Part shown: in pieces, positions 60,581 through 64,000 of the stretch | How the letters are laid out: every line of letters begins with the position of its first letter | How positions within the stretch are numbered: the stretch's first letter is position 1 | Source of the DNA: Candidatus Latescibacterota bacterium | Lineage (GTDB): Bacteria; Latescibacterota; UBA2968; UBA8231 | Direction of reading: 5' to 3' | Assembly: GCA_965203355.1 (NCBI GenBank) | Contig: OZ241889.1 | Span: 3,976,280 to 4,040,279, forward strand | DNA: 64,000 bases | Notes under the pieces: model-generated | Told to the model about the DNA's origin: nothing | Databases searched by the model: none | What the model saw: only the letters and a program-made list of their open reading frames with translations | Made by a program: the position numbers and the translations under genes

Positions 60581-61144
60581 GTGCGCATTGTCACTGGTAC
60601 CTATCGCGGTCGGCAGATTCCCGCTGGGCGACACCTACGCCAGATTCGCCTCACCTCCACGCGCCTCAAAGAAGCCGTATTCTCCATGCTCGGCCCAGAC
60701 TTGAAGGGCCACACCTTCCTCGACTTGTGTGCTGGCTCGGGCCAGATGGGGCTCGAAGCACTGAGCCGGGGCGCCAGCGTCGAATTCAACGAGCCAGATC
60801 ACCGGCGGCGGCGGCAGATCCGCGCGCTGCTCTACCAATGGCGCACCAGCGTCGCGGGCCTGCACTCGCTCAAGGCCCAACGCCTCATCCCCCAATTAGC
60901 AGCGGCCGGTCGCCGCTTCGACATTGTGTACGCCGATCCTCCGTATCACGCCCGCTACTGCGGCGTTCCACTCCTGTTGGGTCTCATTGAAGCCCTCGGG
61001 GAATCCGAGCTCTTCAACGACCGGGGCCTGCTGTTTGTACAGCACCCAATCGACTTGGACGTGCCCGAGCAGAGCGGCCACCTTGCGCGCGCCGAGCAGC
61101 GAGCCTACGGCAACACCACCCTCAGCATCTATCGCCTCAACTGA
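60581..61144 (+). CDS. rsmD: 16S rRNA (guanine966-N2)-methyltransferase
   Basis: MRIVTGTYRGRQI, DLCAGSGQMGLEALSRGA, DPPY. GTG start. Confidence 0.85.
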   Translation: MRIVTGTYRGRQIPAGRHLRQIRLTSTRLKEAVFSMLGPDLKGHTFLDLCAGSGQMGLEALSRGASVEFNEPDHRRRRQIRALLYQWRTSVAGLHSLKAQRLIPQLAAAGRRFDIVYADPPYHARYCGVPLLLGLIEALGESELFNDRGLLFVQHPIDLDVPEQSGHLARAEQRAYGNTTLSIYRLN

Positions 61145-61148
61145 TCCC

Positions 61149-62246
61149 ATGAAAATCACCCATATTGAAGCCATACCCGTGCGCGTGCCGAGGCCGCAGC
61201 CGTTCCAAAGCAGCCTCGGCACACACCAAGCCTCTGAAAACGCCGTCGTCCTAATCCACACCGACGCTGGCCTCACCGGCCTTGGCGAAGCCTCCAGCAT
61301 CTGGGATCGCCGCGGACGCGGAGAAAGCGAGGCCATCAACGGGCTACTCGCCGATATGCTCTGCGGCCTAGACCCGCGCCGCATCCGCGCGATCGCCGAC
61401 CGCATGGATCAAGCCCTGCACCGCTCTTTCCCGGCCAAAGCCGGCATTGAAATGGCCCTCTACGACTTGGTCGGCAAAGCCTGCGGCGCCCCGGTTTACC
61501 AACTGTTGGGCGGCCAAGTCCGCGACCGCGTGCTGCTGAGCCACTCGCTATCCATGGGCGACCCCGAGGCCATCGCCGCCCAAGCCCAGCACTTAGTAGC
61601 GCAAGGGTACAAAACCCTCAAGGCCAAGATCGGGCGAGATCTGCACGCCGACCTAGCCGTGCTCGCAGCCGTGCGCGGTGTAGTCGGCAGCGAGATCGCT
61701 CTGCGCGTAGATGCCAACATGGGTTGGTCCTCGGCCAAGGAAGCCGTGCGCTGTATCGAGGCCATCGCGGATTTTGGCTTGGAACTAGTCGAACAGCCCT
61801 TGGCAGCCGACGACTTAGAGGGCTTGCGCTTTGTCCGCGAGCGCGTCTCGCTGCCCATCATGGCCGACGAGAGCGTCTGGACGCCGGCCGACGCCCTCAA
61901 CTGCGTCCGCTGCCAAGCCGTTGATGTCTTCAATGTGTACGTGTCGGAAGCCGGTGGCTTGGGAGCAGCCGCGCGCATTTTCGCCATTGCCGAAGCCGCG
62001 CGGCTACCTTGTATCATCGGCAGTATGCCCGAGCTGGGGATCGGCACCGCGGCCCAGGCCCACCTCGCCTTTGCCATGCCCAACTTGGGCTACGCCAGCG
62101 ACGTGAACGGCTGCGTCTATCATCGCGGCGACGTCATCCGCGAAAAGCTGCCCATCGCCGACGGGTACATCCTCCCGCCGGCTGGCCCGGGTCTCGGTGT
62201 CAGTCTCGACGAGGACGCCCTCGCAGAATACCGCTGCGATCGCTGA
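61149..62246 (+). CDS. Enolase-superfamily MLE-subgroup-like protein (dipeptide-epimerase-like) with atypical beta-6 position
   Basis: KxK motif LKAKIG and metal ligands RVDAN, VEQP, MADES. The usual (I/V)K..K.GG block reads NVYVSEAGG. Confidence 0.85.
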   Translation: MKITHIEAIPVRVPRPQPFQSSLGTHQASENAVVLIHTDAGLTGLGEASSIWDRRGRGESEAINGLLADMLCGLDPRRIRAIADRMDQALHRSFPAKAGIEMALYDLVGKACGAPVYQLLGGQVRDRVLLSHSLSMGDPEAIAAQAQHLVAQGYKTLKAKIGRDLHADLAVLAAVRGVVGSEIALRVDANMGWSSAKEAVRCIEAIADFGLELVEQPLAADDLEGLRFVRERVSLPIMADESVWTPADALNCVRCQAVDVFNVYVSEAGGLGAAARIFAIAEAARLPCIIGSMPELGIGTAAQAHLAFAMPNLGYASDVNGCVYHRGDVIREKLPIADGYILPPAGPGLGVSLDEDALAEYRCDR

Positions 62247-63031
62247 TGCGCTTTCGGCCTTGTATCGACCTGCACGAGGGGCAAGTCAAGCAAATCGTCG
62301 GCACCAGCCTACGCGACGGCAGCGCCCCTCAAACCCACTTCATCGCCTCCCATCCACCAGCTTACTTTGCAGCGCGCTATGGCCGCGACCAGCTCTTCGG
62401 CGGCCACGTCATCATGCTCGGCCCGGGCAACGAAGACGCGGCCGCACAGGCCCTGGCCGCCTTCCCCGGCGGCTTGCAGATTGGCGGCGGCATCCACCCG
62501 GACAATGCGGCGGATTGGCTCAGCCGCGGGGCCGCACAAGTGATCGTCACTTCCTATGTCTTTAGCGACGGCCAACTCCACCGCGACCGACTCGCGCAAA
62601 TGGTCGCTGCGGTTGGGCGCGAGCGGCTGGTCTTAGACCTCAGTTGCAGCAACCGCGATGGGTGCTACGTGGTGATGACCGACCGCTGGCAAAAAGCCAC
62701 GGACTTTGCCATTAGCGCGGACAACTTGGCGCTCCTCGCCGAGTCTTGCAGCGAATTCCTCGTTCACGCCACCGGGGTCGAAGGCAAGCAGCAAGGAATC
62801 GATGCCGAGCTCGTCGCACTTTTGGGTGACATCGCGCCGCTCCCGACGACGTACGCCGGCGGCGTGTGCCGCACCGAGGACATCGAGATGATCGGCAAGC
62901 TCGGCCGCGGAAAGTTGGATTTTACGGTGGGAGCAGCACTGGATATTTTCGGGGGCACCGGGCTGCGTTACGACGATATGATATTAATCCGCGGGGAGCG
63001 CGAGGCCGCGGACAATCGCCCCAGCTTATAG
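62246..63031 (+). CDS. hisA: ProFAR isomerase, eukaryotic His6-type HisA
   Basis: MRFRPCIDLHEGQVKQIVG...IGGGI...VIVTSYVF...LVLDLSC...FLVHATGVEGKQQGID...YAGG...GKLDFTVGAALDIFGG is collinear with yeast His6 as I recall it. TGATG coupling to the upstream gene. Confidence 0.85.
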   Translation: MRFRPCIDLHEGQVKQIVGTSLRDGSAPQTHFIASHPPAYFAARYGRDQLFGGHVIMLGPGNEDAAAQALAAFPGGLQIGGGIHPDNAADWLSRGAAQVIVTSYVFSDGQLHRDRLAQMVAAVGRERLVLDLSCSNRDGCYVVMTDRWQKATDFAISADNLALLAESCSEFLVHATGVEGKQQGIDAELVALLGDIAPLPTTYAGGVCRTEDIEMIGKLGRGKLDFTVGAALDIFGGTGLRYDDMILIRGEREAADNRPSL

Positions 63032-63071
63032 AGCACGGCTTCTTGGCTGAAGTTCTATTATGTAGGTAGGA

Positions 63072-63290
63072 TTATGGATTGTTAGCGGGCAATTGTTGCG
63101 GAACGGGTTGGGATGCCGGAATAAGGATCTGCTGTTGCTGTTTGACCCACATTTTTCCTCTGTCGCTGGCGATGAATTTTAAGAATTGCTCTTGGCCTTC
63201 GCACCCGTTCCGATCATCAAACGCGGCAACGGCCTCATAAAACTGAATGTTGTATTTTCTTTGGACTTCTTGATAGTGTCTGCCTCCCAT
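63072..63290 (-). CDS. Hypothetical small protein with Gln/Pro-rich tail (72 aa)
   Basis: ATG-initiated ORF in a low-GC patch. I recognise no family and the SD is weak. Confidence 0.3.
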   Translation of the reverse strand: MGGRHYQEVQRKYNIQFYEAVAAFDDRNGCEGQEQFLKFIASDRGKMWVKQQQQILIPASQPVPQQLPANNP

Positions 63291-63354
63291 TCCATGCTAC
63301 GGACTCCACACAGTAGTATAACTATTAAAACAGGTCCGAGTTTTTACATCGCAA

Positions 63355-64000
63355 CTAGTGCCCAGACAGGTTAAACAGGTTGATCGCCGTAAAATTGATG
63401 ATGGCCCAAATCGCAAACAACAGTGCCAACTCGGTCTTTAGCGACATTCGCTCGTCTTTGGGCACTCGCATCGCCAGATGCAGCACGGCATAAGCCATCG
63501 GTATGAGCAACAGATTGTTGGCGTTGGCACCTTTGAGCACAAAGTCGAGGGTGCGCGGATCAAACAGTATGAACAGCAGCCACCCAAATGGGAAGGCGAT
63601 CTGGAAAATGCGGATCCAGCGGCGATAGCCCTCTTCTCCGGCCAGCGCATTCACCCTTAGTTGCCGCACAAAGTCAGCGCCGATCCGCCCCGAAGAAGCA
63701 GCGAATACCAGCAGCGTAGAAAAGAGCGTACAAAATCCCCCGAACATGAAGATGTAGTACGCCCAGCCGCCAATGCTCTCGGTGAAAATTAGCGAAACTT
63801 GCTCGACGACCTTCATACCTTCGGGCAAGACTTGTAGCTGATTGAGCACCGACGCGCCCAGCAGGTAGTACGCGCACGTGACCACCAACGCGATGCCCGT
63901 ACACACGCTCGCATCCGCGATCAAGACTCGCATCCAGCCCCGGTAGCGCATCTGCCATTCTGGACTATCGTCTTTTGGCCCGACGAAATCCGGGTAGCCT
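63355..64000 (-). CDS. Nramp-like divalent metal transporter, C-terminal part (5-prime end beyond window)
   Basis: Frame is open to the window edge. Multi-TM, with WAYYIFMFGGFCTLFSTLLVFAASSGRIGADF resembling the Nramp TM8-9 region. Confidence 0.55.
   Translation of the reverse strand, partial: GYPDFVGPKDDSPEWQMRYRGWMRVLIADASVCTGIALVVTCAYYLLGASVLNQLQVLPEGMKVVEQVSLIFTESIGGWAYYIFMFGGFCTLFSTLLVFAASSGRIGADFVRQLRVNALAGEEGYRRWIRIFQIAFPFGWLLFILFDPRTLDFVLKGANANNLLLIPMAYAVLHLAMRVPKDERMSLKTELALLFAIWAIINFTAINLFNLSGH

Overview
High-GC (about 60% on hand-counted samples) bacterial chromosomal window, densely packed with housekeeping genes. I could not assign a phylum confidently. In order: a truncated ABC exporter plus a DUF1854 partner; a decayed sugar-phosphate isomerase pseudogene; map; dnaE-tlpA; a pfk-pgk-tpiA-secG-tRNA-Leu(GAG) operon; comF; an M16 peptidase; and tRNA(CAU). 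A roughly 2.6 kb low-GC islet follows, carrying one TonB-dependent-receptor-like gene and an inverted-repeat element. Next is a 13 kb co-oriented block of Na+-NQR (nqrABCDEF-nqrM) running straight into a complete F1Fo ATP synthase operon. After that come a full biotin cluster (bioB convergent with bioF-H-C-D-A), panB, a Na+/alanine symporter, a DUF4159 membrane protein, the pyruvate dehydrogenase complex (aceE-aceF-lpd), an M14 peptidase and an Slt-type lytic transglycosylase. The last part is a tightly overlapping array of enolase-superfamily, IDH-like, tandem DmpA, mutY and DUF368 genes, then an SDR/SDR/sarcosine-oxidase-like module, rsmD, an atypical enolase-superfamily gene, a eukaryotic(His6)-type hisA, and a partial Nramp-like transporter. 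I found no CRISPR array, IS element, integrase, prophage or recognisable defence system. The most unusual signals are the low-GC islet, the nqr-atp fusion block, the translationally coupled enolase(Tyr-for-Lys)/His6-type hisA pair, and the uncharacterised DmpA/enolase/IDH-like locus. All calls rest on motif recognition by eye. The ORF track counts GTG and TTG as starts, so I re-picked many start codons by hand.
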